Virus record (IMG/VR): IMGVR_UViG_3300047510_003167
Span: 8,472-72,471 of that record
Reading direction: 5' to 3' (one strand)
DNA from: a virus
Length of the DNA stretch: 64,000 bases
Part shown: positions 1 to 9,540 of the stretch, one piece after another
Numbering within the stretch: position 1 is the first letter of the stretch
Layout: each line of letters opens with the position of its first letter
Made by a program: the position numbers and the translations under genes
The notes under the pieces: model-generated
The model's input: the letters and a program-made list of their open reading frames with translations, nothing else
What the model was told of the DNA's origin: nothing
Databases searched by the model: none

Positions 1-364
1 TGGAAAAGATGACAACGGTAATTATTTCCCAACTTATTCAACGTGTGATATTTGGTCTGAAGCTGTACAGTATCAGGCTTCCCTGGAAGCAGACTTTAAA
101 CGAGTTTGTTTAAATGATGAAGGTTTATACAATTTGCTCTGGCATCCAGTCAAAGGATTCAGAGCAGATAAGTTAGCTCGTTTCAGGGGAATTATTGGTA
201 TGTTTGAAGATCGCAAAATTATTTTTAATCGATATCGTAATTTTACAAATATGTTTGAAGAGTTGACTAACTTTGGTGTCAGCAGTCATGACGACACGGT
301 TGACGCGTTAGTATGGTTGGTAACAGGCCTTATGCGAAAAGGACAACTCCATCTTGATTATTAA
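1..364 (+). CDS. terL: Terminase large subunit, C-terminal nuclease domain (5'-truncated)
   Basis: Frame open from position 2; ends EELTNFGVSSHDDTVDALVW, the HDDxVDA motif of terminase RNase H-like domains; upstream of portal/capsid genes. Confidence 0.85.
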   Translation, partial: GKDDNGNYFPTYSTCDIWSEAVQYQASLEADFKRVCLNDEGLYNLLWHPVKGFRADKLARFRGIIGMFEDRKIIFNRYRNFTNMFEELTNFGVSSHDDTVDALVWLVTGLMRKGQLHLDY

Positions 365-394
365 AGTCTAAAATAAGAAAAAAGCATTTTACAA

Positions 395-688
395 GTGGGC
401 TCTGAATTTTTAGCCCTGATACTAACCGCAAGCATCTCCGCAATTAGCGGAGGCAGCTGGGTTGCTAGCAGGATCTTAAACCGATCACACGAACGTGTAC
501 AACAAGTACACACACTGTTAAACGCACAAGAAAATAGGTTGGACACTTTGGAAAATCAATTAAACCGTTTACCTCTCGAGTACGTATTGAAGGTTGATTT
601 TTTGAGGGAAATTAAAGAAATGCATGACAATTTTAAGCAGATCAATAATAAGCTTGATAAGCTAATGGAAAAGATTTTGAGCAAATGA
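395..688 (+). CDS. Hypothetical membrane protein (N-terminal TM helix plus coiled coil)
   Basis: Hydrophobic FLALILTASISAISGG followed by heptad-like region. Confidence 0.7.
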   Translation: MGSEFLALILTASISAISGGSWVASRILNRSHERVQQVHTLLNAQENRLDTLENQLNRLPLEYVLKVDFLREIKEMHDNFKQINNKLDKLMEKILSK

Positions 689-870
689 GTGATTACGTTT
701 TAGAAGTTCAGGAAGACAATGACGGAGAAGCGTTCATTGTTTTACCAGACGAACTAATAGAGCACCTTGGCTGGCAAGAAGGAGACATTCTTGATTGGGA
801 CGTAAGAGGAGAGAAGATTTTTCTCAGCAAGGTTAACGACCCTTCCGGTTATCAAGTAATAGAAGAGTAA
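685..870 (+). CDS. AbrB/MazE/SpoVT-like small DNA-binding protein
   Basis: IVLPDELIEHLGWQEGDILDW matches the swapped-hairpin pattern; ATGA overlap with previous gene. Confidence 0.7.
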   Translation: MSDYVLEVQEDNDGEAFIVLPDELIEHLGWQEGDILDWDVRGEKIFLSKVNDPSGYQVIEE

Positions 871-896
871 AATAAAAATAAGCAATATTCAGTTGT

Positions 897-1226
897 ATGT
901 TTTATACAGGGCAACGGGTAACAGGCGGTCTTCCTACAGGCCTTGGAAACGAAGGTGGACTGACCGCTGGTAGTCCCGGCTATTTTCCTTCGGATCGGGA
1001 AATACAGGATCGGTTGTATCGCTACGGGATGGACAATACTCCCGCTGGTCGAAGCATGAAAGAACGTATAGAACAATTACAAAAAACTTTTCCAGCTAAT
1101 TTACGCTCCGCTGCAATCCCTGGTGGAATGCCTGCCATGGGTAACGCAGGTTTCTTTTATGGTCCCCAGGCGGGTCAAGTTTCCCCTGAGGTACCAGTAG
1201 GTTTTCAGAACAAATACGTTTCTTAA
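897..1226 (+). CDS. Hypothetical protein
   Basis: 109-aa ORF filling the gap before the portal gene. Confidence 0.6.
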   Translation: MFYTGQRVTGGLPTGLGNEGGLTAGSPGYFPSDREIQDRLYRYGMDNTPAGRSMKERIEQLQKTFPANLRSAAIPGGMPAMGNAGFFYGPQAGQVSPEVPVGFQNKYVS

Positions 1227-1269
1227 ATCCTCTGCTAAACTGACAACAACAAGAGCAGGCAAATAGTTA

Positions 1270-3588
1270 ATGGCTGTTGACGCTAAGGCTAGGCTTAAGG
1301 AGATTATTGATTCGTATCTTGAAAAAGATGGCGGAACAATGATTGACACTGGCGTCGTGGCAGCCCACCTCGCCCAGATGCGTTTATTTGGCATCCGCCA
1401 AGGTGTTGAATTTTTTCCTGCTCAAGACAACTTTGGAAATCAAAGAAAAGACTTTATTGATCGTGTTGTTAAATACAACCAACTTGACACCCGCTTAGAT
1501 TCCATCTGGGACTATTTCCTTTGTGATGGCCAGGGACTTTTTTACATTCGTCCAACTCAATCCAATTATCGGCTTTATTACTTTCGTCAGCACGAATATC
1601 GCACCTATTACAACATTGATGGCGAGCTTGATGAAGTTGTAATCATCTATAGCTACAAAGTTCGTAAAGGCCTTGGGTTCCAGCAAGACATTGAAGCTGG
1701 TAATTTAACTGGTCAAGCTGGCATGGGCCAGCAAGGAACCAAGCGTTATATTCGTCTTTCCATCAAACGTAAGACTATTGAGGAAACTCATTCCGAAGGC
1801 GAAATCTCATTTGATACGCAGTATCAAGCAGTACCTGGTAAAACTAAAACGTTTAAAAACACACTTGGTTTCATTCCTTGTGTTGAGATCTTCAATAACC
1901 CCAAAGGCTTTTCAACTGAAGGTGTTGGTGAATTTGATGCGTTAGCAAATCACATTTGCACGCATGACGACATGGTTCGCACCATGCGCAAGAACGTTCA
2001 GTTTTTTGGCAACCCAACTCTTCTTTCTTCTCGTCCCAAGACAGATTTGATGGAGTCTGGAACCGAAACTACGGTTCAACGTCCCTCCATTGCAGCAAAC
2101 TCAGGATTCACCAGCATGAATCCCCTGAGTCGCTCAACCTTTAAGTCGGATCCTATTAGTCGTGGTGTAGACGGACAGATTCGTGTTCCACGCGTTATTG
2201 CAAACCTGGAACCAAACGATCGTGTTGGTTACATTGTTCCCGACGCAATTACCGGTGACCAGAACTCATTTGCTCGTCAGTATCGCGAAGAAATTCGCAC
2301 CGCTCTTGGTGGCGTAGACGAATTATCAATTTCGGCAGGCGTTACTGCAACTGAGTATAAGTCACTGTTTGGACGTGTCTCTGCTACATCAAAGAAAAAA
2401 GCAATTGCTATTTACACATACGGTATTTCTCGTTGTCTTGAGTTAATTCTTTATCAAGAAGAACGTTTGTTCCGAGAAACGCTTGCCGCCGCAGCTGGAA
2501 TTGAAAAGCCCCTGGAACTTCCAGAGAATGCTTCGTTTGAAGAAGCCAGTATGTATGAAGAAGCAATGAGCATGTTTGAGAATCAGGTAAAGCAATTAAT
2601 GCTTGCTTGTCTCAAAACTCAACAGGTTCCTCCTGGCGTCTTAGGTTTAATTCCCGATGGGGATGTAACTGTTTTATGGCGTTGGATGGGACCTGTTTAT
2701 GAAGATTCCACGCAAGACATTCTGAACAATTCTATTGTTGTAAGGAACCTTCAGGAATTAGGTGTTGATAGCATTGAAGCACTGAAATACCTCTTCCCGT
2801 CAAAAACGGATGAGGAAAGAGCCGAGATGTTATCTGGGTTCCCCTTCAGGATGGTGAATGAATTACAGAGTGCTTACTCTCAATTCGCTCGCCTTGTGGG
2901 AGGCATGATGCAGACCCCCCACCCGCAAGCACCGGATTTACCGATGGCTGCGGATCCGAGATTGGATTTAACACCCTATCTGTATCGAACTTTAGAAGCT
3001 CTACAAAAGGAGATGAGTTATGCAGGACGCTACCGTCCAATCGATCCCACAGACGAGCCAAGCACCAGTGGCCGTAGCCCCCAGCAGCTACGTGGTGCCA
3101 GCACAGGCGCCCAGCAGCTACCAAGCTCCGGCACCCCAGGCTTATCAGGTGGGTACGAGTTACCCCCAAGCGGTACCTCAGGCAGCCCCCAGCTACCAAT
3201 CAGCCCCTACTCAGTACGCCCCCCAATCCCAACCGGCGGCGGACTCGGCGGCGAATCCATGGGAATCGGCGTTCAACAAGGTGGTGAACCTGCTGAGCGC
3301 ACCAGTCCAATCCCCGTTCCAGGGTCAACCCTCAGCGAATCCGACACAGTTTACCCCGGCGAACTACGGTCTGGGCAGCAACCAAGTTACGCAACAATCG
3401 GCAGCGCCGACCTCGTATCCCAGCCAGGGTTACTCGCCCAACTCTTCCCCAACCTACTTAACGGGCTCCTCGGCGGCAGAAATGCACCAGGAAGTGAATA
3501 CGGCGATCGCGGATTACCTGGAACTGAGCAACGAAAGCCGTCAGGTGATCGACGCGTTCGGGGTAGAGGCTCCCGCAATCCTAAATAA
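1270..3588 (+). CDS. Putative portal protein with overprinted low-complexity C-terminal tail
   Basis: 772-aa ORF between terminase and scaffold/capsid; size and synteny fit a portal; last ~190 aa overlap the next gene. Confidence 0.7.
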   Translation: MAVDAKARLKEIIDSYLEKDGGTMIDTGVVAAHLAQMRLFGIRQGVEFFPAQDNFGNQRKDFIDRVVKYNQLDTRLDSIWDYFLCDGQGLFYIRPTQSNYRLYYFRQHEYRTYYNIDGELDEVVIIYSYKVRKGLGFQQDIEAGNLTGQAGMGQQGTKRYIRLSIKRKTIEETHSEGEISFDTQYQAVPGKTKTFKNTLGFIPCVEIFNNPKGFSTEGVGEFDALANHICTHDDMVRTMRKNVQFFGNPTLLSSRPKTDLMESGTETTVQRPSIAANSGFTSMNPLSRSTFKSDPISRGVDGQIRVPRVIANLEPNDRVGYIVPDAITGDQNSFARQYREEIRTALGGVDELSISAGVTATEYKSLFGRVSATSKKKAIAIYTYGISRCLELILYQEERLFRETLAAAAGIEKPLELPENASFEEASMYEEAMSMFENQVKQLMLACLKTQQVPPGVLGLIPDGDVTVLWRWMGPVYEDSTQDILNNSIVVRNLQELGVDSIEALKYLFPSKTDEERAEMLSGFPFRMVNELQSAYSQFARLVGGMMQTPHPQAPDLPMAADPRLDLTPYLYRTLEALQKEMSYAGRYRPIDPTDEPSTSGRSPQQLRGASTGAQQLPSSGTPGLSGGYELPPSGTSGSPQLPISPYSVRPPIPTGGGLGGESMGIGVQQGGEPAERTSPIPVPGSTLSESDTVYPGELRSGQQPSYATIGSADLVSQPGLLAQLFPNLLNGLLGGRNAPGSEYGDRGLPGTEQRKPSGDRRVRGRGSRNPK

Positions 3589-4012
3589 CTATGCTCTCCA
3601 ACTGGAAGGCATGCTGGATAGCGCAGTTGCCTGGGGCAATCAAGCCGCTGGTCTGATCACTGGTTATGCTGATTTTGCGGTTAATGAGCACCAGGAGAAC
3701 CTGGCTTACAACGAGATCCTGACCAACCCCGACGTTCTTAGCGATTACACGCTGAAGTTCTTTGGTCCCGAAGGTCCCTATCCTGTGTACGAAAGCGAAG
3801 AGCAGCTGGAAACCCGTGGCTATCCCACTGGCTCCATCGAGCCCCAAATGGGCCAATTCCCTGCTCCTCCCGCTTCTGCTGCTCCTCAGCAGCCTGAGAA
3901 CTTCTGGGGCAGCTTCAACGAGCTGATGGCCCGTGATCCTCAAAACGCTTGGCGCGTGCTTAACCAAGCCCAACCCCAAACCGTTGCTAACAAACTGTTT
4001 GTGATGGAGTGA
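3020..4012 (+). CDS. Putative capsid scaffolding protein
   Basis: AAGGAG RBS ~8 nt before ATG; Q/P/A/S-rich N-terminus, acidic helical C-terminus; lies between portal and capsid. Confidence 0.65.
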   Translation: MQDATVQSIPQTSQAPVAVAPSSYVVPAQAPSSYQAPAPQAYQVGTSYPQAVPQAAPSYQSAPTQYAPQSQPAADSAANPWESAFNKVVNLLSAPVQSPFQGQPSANPTQFTPANYGLGSNQVTQQSAAPTSYPSQGYSPNSSPTYLTGSSAAEMHQEVNTAIADYLELSNESRQVIDAFGVEAPAILNNYALQLEGMLDSAVAWGNQAAGLITGYADFAVNEHQENLAYNEILTNPDVLSDYTLKFFGPEGPYPVYESEEQLETRGYPTGSIEPQMGQFPAPPASAAPQQPENFWGSFNELMARDPQNAWRVLNQAQPQTVANKLFVME

Positions 4013-4016
4013 GGCC

Positions 4017-4565
4017 ATGCGTCCTCTTCTTAAATATGGTGTACCTGCCGCTGCTGGTTTAGCAGCTGGTGGGTACGCCCTTTCCCAGGGTGAAGATCCT
4101 GGTTCTGCTGCTCTTGCAGGACTTGCGGGCGGAGCTGGTGCCAGGGGCGGCTTGCTTGCTGGACGCCTAGCTGGCAAGTATGCTCCTGCTGTTGCCGAGC
4201 TTATTCAATCTCGTGCGTTAACTCCAGCAGGGAATGCACTTGGTAATCTTGCACGTAGTCTTCCAGATGAAGCGGTGCAAGGTAAACGGATGGCTGCAAT
4301 TAACAAAGTTGCTTCTGGTCTTGAAGCTGCAGAGCAAGGCATTGCTTCTCCTGGTATGGGCCGAGCTGTTCAATCAGTTTCTGCAGGTCTTGCTGCACCT
4401 GGTGCCGCAGGACTTGCGGGTCTTGGTGGTATTGCTGCTGGTGCAATTCCCGGTGCATTAGGTGTACCCGGTTTCCAGCAGGGCATGCCCGTTGATCCGG
4501 AATCTTACGGCTCTAGTAATTCAGCTGGAGCACGCTATAAAACGCCCACTACGCAGTATGTGTAA
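4017..4565 (+). CDS. Gly/Ala-rich hypothetical virion protein
   Basis: 182-aa ORF with GAGG before ATG; hydrophobic Gly/Ala segments. Confidence 0.65.
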   Translation: MRPLLKYGVPAAAGLAAGGYALSQGEDPGSAALAGLAGGAGARGGLLAGRLAGKYAPAVAELIQSRALTPAGNALGNLARSLPDEAVQGKRMAAINKVASGLEAAEQGIASPGMGRAVQSVSAGLAAPGAAGLAGLGGIAAGAIPGALGVPGFQQGMPVDPESYGSSNSAGARYKTPTTQYV

Positions 4566-4671
4566 TTAAATAAATTACCAACTGCTAAAATTTGTGTTAG
4601 ATAAGACATATAAATGTCTGAATCTTTCACCCGATAAAAACACTTCCTGAGATACTGGAGGATAAAACAAA

Positions 4672-5832
4672 GTGTTCATTGATAACGACTTTCCAAAGAT
4701 TCTAGGCGCGGAACTTTACCGTCCTCACCCCGCCTATATTGCTGAAATGGCGGTTGAGCCCGTGGTGGTTCATGACTTTACCCGTCAGCCCGGTCAAACC
4801 GTTCAGCTTGATCGCTACAAGTTCTGGGGAACCCCCGGTACCAAGGACAGCCGTGAGCGTATTGCCGACCAAACGATCGGTACCGCTAACAGCCGTAACA
4901 TCACCAAGGAGAAAGTCCTGGTGGTGCTTAAGGAGTACACCGGTCCTGCGGACCCGGGCGATCCGACCCAGCCCAGCACCTTCAAGATTGCTCGCGAAAC
5001 CCTGATTACCGCTCAGCGTCTTCTGCTGGACACCGGTAACCTCAACATGTTCCACCAGTCCATCGGCAGCCTGACGCTGCTTGATGACTATCGCCGGTGG
5101 CGTGACCGCGTCTTTATTGACGAACTGGCCAAAGCCGAAGCCAATGGTGCCGCCAGCACCACTCAAGGCGGTTACTACTTCGCTGGTGGTAAAACCAAAG
5201 ATTCCCAGGGTCGTGTTTCTTACACCACTGGTGAGTATGGCGCTCAAGTTCAGCAGTTCCAGGTGCGTACCGACCTGCTGACCGTTGTTAAGGACCTGCG
5301 TAAGCGCAACGTGCCGACCTATTCCGATGGTCTGTATCGTTGCATCTGCGATCCCACCTTCATGATGCACCTGCGTCGTGATCCTGACTTCCGTGAGATT
5401 GCCCGTTACGCTGGTAACCCTGGTCAAGGCATGTACATGGGCAACCCCATGATGCCTAACAACGCCAGCTTCTACATGGGTCCTCAAGCTGGTCAGGGCT
5501 ATTTCCTGGCTGGTGAGCCCGTGATGCCGACCGGCGTCCAGTTTGAAGGTGTTAAGTTCTTCGAGTCGACCAACTTCCCGACCAAGAACGTTAACGCTTC
5601 TTTCAACGCTTCTACCTACTCTTCTCAAGAAGTTGCCCAAGGTTACTTCTTTGGTCCTCAGGCCATTGGTGTTGGTATCGGCGGCCCGAACGCTCAAGTC
5701 CTCATTAACAATAACGATGACTTCAGCCGTTTCATCATCCTCATCTGGCAACTGTACGCTGGCTTCGAGATTCTGAACAAGGACTTCGTGACCACCGCCT
5801 TCAGCTTTGTGTCCGATGATGGCGACATCTGA
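4672..5832 (+). CDS. Major capsid protein
   Basis: 386 aa, GGAGG RBS and GTG start, strong C-ending codon bias of a highly expressed gene, HK97-like features (DFTRQPGQTVQL, GVQFEGVKFFES), synteny. Confidence 0.85.
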   Translation: MFIDNDFPKILGAELYRPHPAYIAEMAVEPVVVHDFTRQPGQTVQLDRYKFWGTPGTKDSRERIADQTIGTANSRNITKEKVLVVLKEYTGPADPGDPTQPSTFKIARETLITAQRLLLDTGNLNMFHQSIGSLTLLDDYRRWRDRVFIDELAKAEANGAASTTQGGYYFAGGKTKDSQGRVSYTTGEYGAQVQQFQVRTDLLTVVKDLRKRNVPTYSDGLYRCICDPTFMMHLRRDPDFREIARYAGNPGQGMYMGNPMMPNNASFYMGPQAGQGYFLAGEPVMPTGVQFEGVKFFESTNFPTKNVNASFNASTYSSQEVAQGYFFGPQAIGVGIGGPNAQVLINNNDDFSRFIILIWQLYAGFEILNKDFVTTAFSFVSDDGDI

Positions 5833-5856
5833 TTTTAAATAAAAACGGAGAAATAA

Positions 5857-6651
5857 ATGACTTATCTGTCTTCTAAGAAAATCTACCCCGGTAACTGGGC
5901 AGAGCCTCTGAACGGTTGGTACAAGAATATTGATACCGACTCCAGCGGCACCAATGATGGTTCCAAGGGCGGCCCCACTTCGGTGCTGGCTACCCCTGGC
6001 TACCGCTATTTCCAACAGCGTGGTTACGTCCCCGTGACCTGGGCCTCTGGTGAGCAAACCACCAAGGGTCAGACCATGAGCGTGATCGTTCCTTCCCCTT
6101 ACCGGAACGACGACACCCGTACCGATATCACCGGCATGGTTGTGAGTGGCAACACCACCACCCCCATTTACGTGTATCGCGCAGCCATCTCGGTTGCCTC
6201 CGGCTGGGGCGACGGTCGCGTTGCCTCCGGTGTGTATGCCTCCACCGGTAACACCATCACCTTCGCAACTGGCCTGGTTTCCAATGCTGGTGTTGGCGAA
6301 GCTGTTGCTCAAGCCAACCTGACCTCCACCGTTTCCGGTGGTGTGGACCTCGTCTACTTTGCTGGCGGTTCCCAGGGTCTGAGCGCTGCGCCCTTCATCA
6401 CCGCTACTGGTGCTGCTGGTGTCGCTGCAAACACCATCTACAAGACCCTGACTGGTGCTGCAACCTACAGCGTGCTGTCCCGCGATACCGTGACCGGTAC
6501 CGTTGCTTCTGGCGGTGTGTTCATCTCTGATGCTGACGCAGCTGCAGGCCGCACCGGTTACCTGGTTGTGGAAGTGTGCTACATCCAGCCTGATGAAGCT
6601 CCTGGCTACGAGGACATCGACGGCTATCTGCTTGGTCGCACTGTTAGCTGA
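5857..6651 (+). CDS. Abundant structural protein (capsid decoration or tail)
   Basis: Directly after MCP, GGAG RBS, same codon bias, T/G/V/A-rich. Confidence 0.65.
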   Translation: MTYLSSKKIYPGNWAEPLNGWYKNIDTDSSGTNDGSKGGPTSVLATPGYRYFQQRGYVPVTWASGEQTTKGQTMSVIVPSPYRNDDTRTDITGMVVSGNTTTPIYVYRAAISVASGWGDGRVASGVYASTGNTITFATGLVSNAGVGEAVAQANLTSTVSGGVDLVYFAGGSQGLSAAPFITATGAAGVAANTIYKTLTGAATYSVLSRDTVTGTVASGGVFISDADAAAGRTGYLVVEVCYIQPDEAPGYEDIDGYLLGRTVS

Positions 6652-6689
6652 TTGAGGTAAACTAAGACCAGATAACTTCTGGTCTTAGC

Positions 6690-7103
6690 ATGCTCCTTTA
6701 TCAACACAAAAAAACTGGCGCACGCGTCAAAATTGTAAGCGAATGGGATAACGGCGATTGGTTCATGGTCGAAGATCAGGACGGTCGCCTTTATACCGCT
6801 TACAAAAACGAATTGACTCCTGATGAGCAAGCAACCAAAAAGGTTCAAACTCTCCAGGTAAAAGATAAAGCAGCAAAAGAAGAGCCTCGCACGTTTCCTC
6901 CTGAAACGCGCTTGAACATTAATACGGCAACTGCTCAAATGATTGCCGATCACATCAAGGGCATTGGTTTAAAAACCGCTCGTGAAGTGAAGGATTTACA
7001 GATGTCTCTGTCGGGTGAAAGATTCGCGAATCTAGAGCAGTTAAAACAAATCAAGAGGGTTGATTGGGAAGCTGTTATTGCAGCAGATTTAATCCGTGTT
7101 TGA
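6690..7103 (+). CDS. Helix-hairpin-helix (ComEA-like) DNA-binding protein
   Basis: LNINTATAQMIADHIKGIGLKTA...FANLEQLKQIK. Confidence 0.8.
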   Translation: MLLYQHKKTGARVKIVSEWDNGDWFMVEDQDGRLYTAYKNELTPDEQATKKVQTLQVKDKAAKEEPRTFPPETRLNINTATAQMIADHIKGIGLKTAREVKDLQMSLSGERFANLEQLKQIKRVDWEAVIAADLIRV

Positions 7104-7119
7104 TACTCATCTCCTAAAC

Positions 7120-7144
7120 GCCCCTGGGAAACCGGGGGTTTTTT
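7120..7144 (+). terminator. Rho-independent terminator ending the capsid operon
   Basis: GCCCCTGG-GAAA-CCGGGGGT followed by a T run. Confidence 0.85.
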
Positions 7145-7172
7145 AGTCTTAAAATTAAAAATAAAAAGTAAT

Positions 7173-7871
7173 ATGGCGGGCTTAATCCCACTAGGTTCAG
7201 TTATTGATCCAAGCAAAGATATTTTTGCAACAACGGGTGCCCACCTGGATTTACGCGTAATCCCTCAGTTTGGCGCACAGAAAGGGAAAAAGATTGACCC
7301 CAAATCAGCCAAGAGTCTGCTGCAGAATGTTTTAGTTGGCCAAGACAGGAAACCCTTGGTTCAACAACAAGGTAATGATTGGAAATGGAATTTTCCACTT
7401 ACTTCAGGTTTTGGTCCACGCTCAGCTCCAACTGCAGGAGCCTCTTCTTATCATGAAGGAATTGACGTTGGCTTGGGTGCTGGGACTCAACTGACATACA
7501 AGGGGTCAGGCTCTTTTCAACCTAATAAGGGTTACGGGAGCTTGATGACCACAGACGCGCAGGGCCAGCCGTATGAGCTTAGGTTTCTGCATACGCAACC
7601 AGGGAAAGCAACTTCTGTAGCAAGTACCGGCACCCAGACACCACAGACAAGTGCTCAGGTGAATCCAGATGATTCGGCAAATAAACTTCTTCAACTCTTG
7701 TTTGGAGAAAAAGAAAAACCTTCTTTGTCTCAACAAATTATTGGACAAGTTCTTGAGGCAAAGTTAGCTAACAGGGGTCAAAGTTTTCTGGGTAATTACA
7801 CATCTTTGATGGGTGCTAATCCATACGAAGAATTTTTACTGGATCCCGCCAAGGCTGGAATCTACGGTTGA
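7173..7871 (+). CDS. M23-family peptidase-like protein, circularly permuted
   Basis: TSGFGPR..P..G...HEGID and GYG...RFLH motifs present; TGAHLD...IDP motif lies N-terminal to them. Confidence 0.7.
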   Translation: MAGLIPLGSVIDPSKDIFATTGAHLDLRVIPQFGAQKGKKIDPKSAKSLLQNVLVGQDRKPLVQQQGNDWKWNFPLTSGFGPRSAPTAGASSYHEGIDVGLGAGTQLTYKGSGSFQPNKGYGSLMTTDAQGQPYELRFLHTQPGKATSVASTGTQTPQTSAQVNPDDSANKLLQLLFGEKEKPSLSQQIIGQVLEAKLANRGQSFLGNYTSLMGANPYEEFLLDPAKAGIYG

Positions 7872-7910
7872 TTATCTGCTTTTATAATTAAAAAATGAGG
7901 GAATTCAAAA

Positions 7911-8372
7911 GTGCATTTATCTGACTTTGATAAGAGTAGGGTCAGGTATCACCTGGGCTATTTCACTGTGTCGGTTCCTGCGGGTGATTACGCTCGCCTG
8001 GAAGAAGCAATGAATACAGTTCCGGATTCCTTTTTTTACGACAAAATTGTAATTCAACTTGGCCGTTGTGATACCGCTGAAAAGAAAACAGAAGTCGCAA
8101 CGTCTCCTTCCACTCGTTTAGAAAGTATTGCTGGGGACGTTGATCGTACAATTAGATCAAGTAATGCCAAAGAAGCATTAAAAGTTTGGGACGAAATTTA
8201 CCTATACGAAACCAATCGTCTGGCAAATATTCTTTACGTTCCCAACTACAAAGATCCATTCCAGGCTCGTTATAGATACGAACGCTCTGGTGCAGAATTT
8301 ATCCAGGCACTACCTGGGCCTGCCGATACCGCAGTTGGATCCCGTCTTTATTTACATGAGGTTTGGCGCTAA
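7911..8372 (+). CDS. Putative head-tail adaptor / virion protein
   Basis: 153 aa starting LSDFDKSRVRYHLG, like neck/adaptor N-termini; position after capsid genes. Confidence 0.5.
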   Translation: MHLSDFDKSRVRYHLGYFTVSVPAGDYARLEEAMNTVPDSFFYDKIVIQLGRCDTAEKKTEVATSPSTRLESIAGDVDRTIRSSNAKEALKVWDEIYLYETNRLANILYVPNYKDPFQARYRYERSGAEFIQALPGPADTAVGSRLYLHEVWR

Positions 8373-9277
8373 TGGCTAACGGAAAATGGGTAAATGTTCC
8401 TGGTAAGGGTCGTCGCTTTTTAACAAGTGAGGGCGAATATCGCTATGGCGATCCCAACGCACCTTTGGCTCCTGCGGCAAGTGCAGTTAAAAGCTTTTTT
8501 GGCGGAATTTTAAACGCACAACCGCGCTTTTCTCCAGAGCAGATGCGTGGTTTAACTGCTCCTGGCCTGTCGTCCTCCGCTGGTGCAGCCGCAGGTCCAT
8601 CCAAGGGACAGCAACGTCCTGATGGTAAGTTCTACACAGGCTCTCGATATGGCTGGCAATCAGGTTCTTCTGCTGCCCGTGCCGGTTTATTGGGCTCTGA
8701 AGTTGTGGGTGATGCAGCCTTTGGTGGTGCCCGCTCTCCCATGGGACCCCCGATTCCTGGGCGTATTGCCAACGCCCCCAGTCCCTTAGCCCTTCCTTTA
8801 CCAACCTCCGGAAGCTCTTTTGCCACTGATGGTTCGCCCGCAGATCGTGCATATCAACAAGAAGCTTCTCGTGTCGCCCAATTGACCGCACAAGATCCTG
8901 AACTTCAGCGTTACGAAAAAGCACGTAGTGCTGCCAAGACTCAAGAGGAGATGAACGCAGCTCGTGACATCGGCATGCAGATTTGGCAGCAAAAGTATGG
9001 CGGCACTCCCATGGGACAACCTGGTGGTGCGGTTGGTTCTTTTAATCCCTTGATGCAAAAAACCTTTGGCTATCAGGCGGGCATGTCTCCGAATCAGATT
9101 GCACAGACGATTACTAACCCTGCAGATATTCCGGTTGCCCCTGGTGAGGCTCCGTATCAAACAGGTGATTTTGGCACACGCGTGGGAGTTACCGGTTATG
9201 ATCCGGTCAAGTATGGAATCACGCCTGAAATGATTGAGCAACTTAAAGCTCAGTCCCTGGCACAAGCTCGAAAATAA
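8372..9277 (+). CDS. Hypothetical (possible internal virion) protein
   Basis: Long ORF; ATG overlaps previous stop (TAATG). Confidence 0.65.
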   Translation: MANGKWVNVPGKGRRFLTSEGEYRYGDPNAPLAPAASAVKSFFGGILNAQPRFSPEQMRGLTAPGLSSSAGAAAGPSKGQQRPDGKFYTGSRYGWQSGSSAARAGLLGSEVVGDAAFGGARSPMGPPIPGRIANAPSPLALPLPTSGSSFATDGSPADRAYQQEASRVAQLTAQDPELQRYEKARSAAKTQEEMNAARDIGMQIWQQKYGGTPMGQPGGAVGSFNPLMQKTFGYQAGMSPNQIAQTITNPADIPVAPGEAPYQTGDFGTRVGVTGYDPVKYGITPEMIEQLKAQSLAQARK

Positions 9278-9383
9278 CCAGTTGTTAAACTAGGTTTACT
9301 TGGCACCACACTTCGTGGGTAAGTCCACCTGCTGGATAACAGATCTTTTGATCTACGGAGGCCAGCGTTGTTGCTTTAAACCA

Positions 9384-9500
9384 ATGATTCTTTGCCCTAA
9401 TTTTCTTCGTCGCCTTGTTGCCAAACTTAGTGTGATTCTCGCACTTCAAGCTGTGTTTACTCCCGCACTCAGGGCCGCGTCAAATTGGGTAGGAGCATGA
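9384..9500 (+). CDS. 38-aa signal-peptide-like small protein
   Basis: MILCPNFLRRLVAKLSVILALQAVFTPALRAASNWVGA: basic n-region, hydrophobic core, Ala-rich end. Confidence 0.5.
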   Translation: MILCPNFLRRLVAKLSVILALQAVFTPALRAASNWVGA

Positions 9501-9540
9501 GAAAGAGCCAAAAAAAGAAGAAGTAAAAACATCAAAGCCC

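Noticed and set aside
5830-5859. MCP and the next gene share a frame, suggesting readthrough fusion
   Set aside because: Two more in-frame TAA stops follow the TGA, and the second gene has its own RBS
4702-6312. 536-aa antisense ORF across the capsid genes
   Set aside because: In-register shadow of strongly biased codons (few TTA/CTA/TCA); no recognisable motifs
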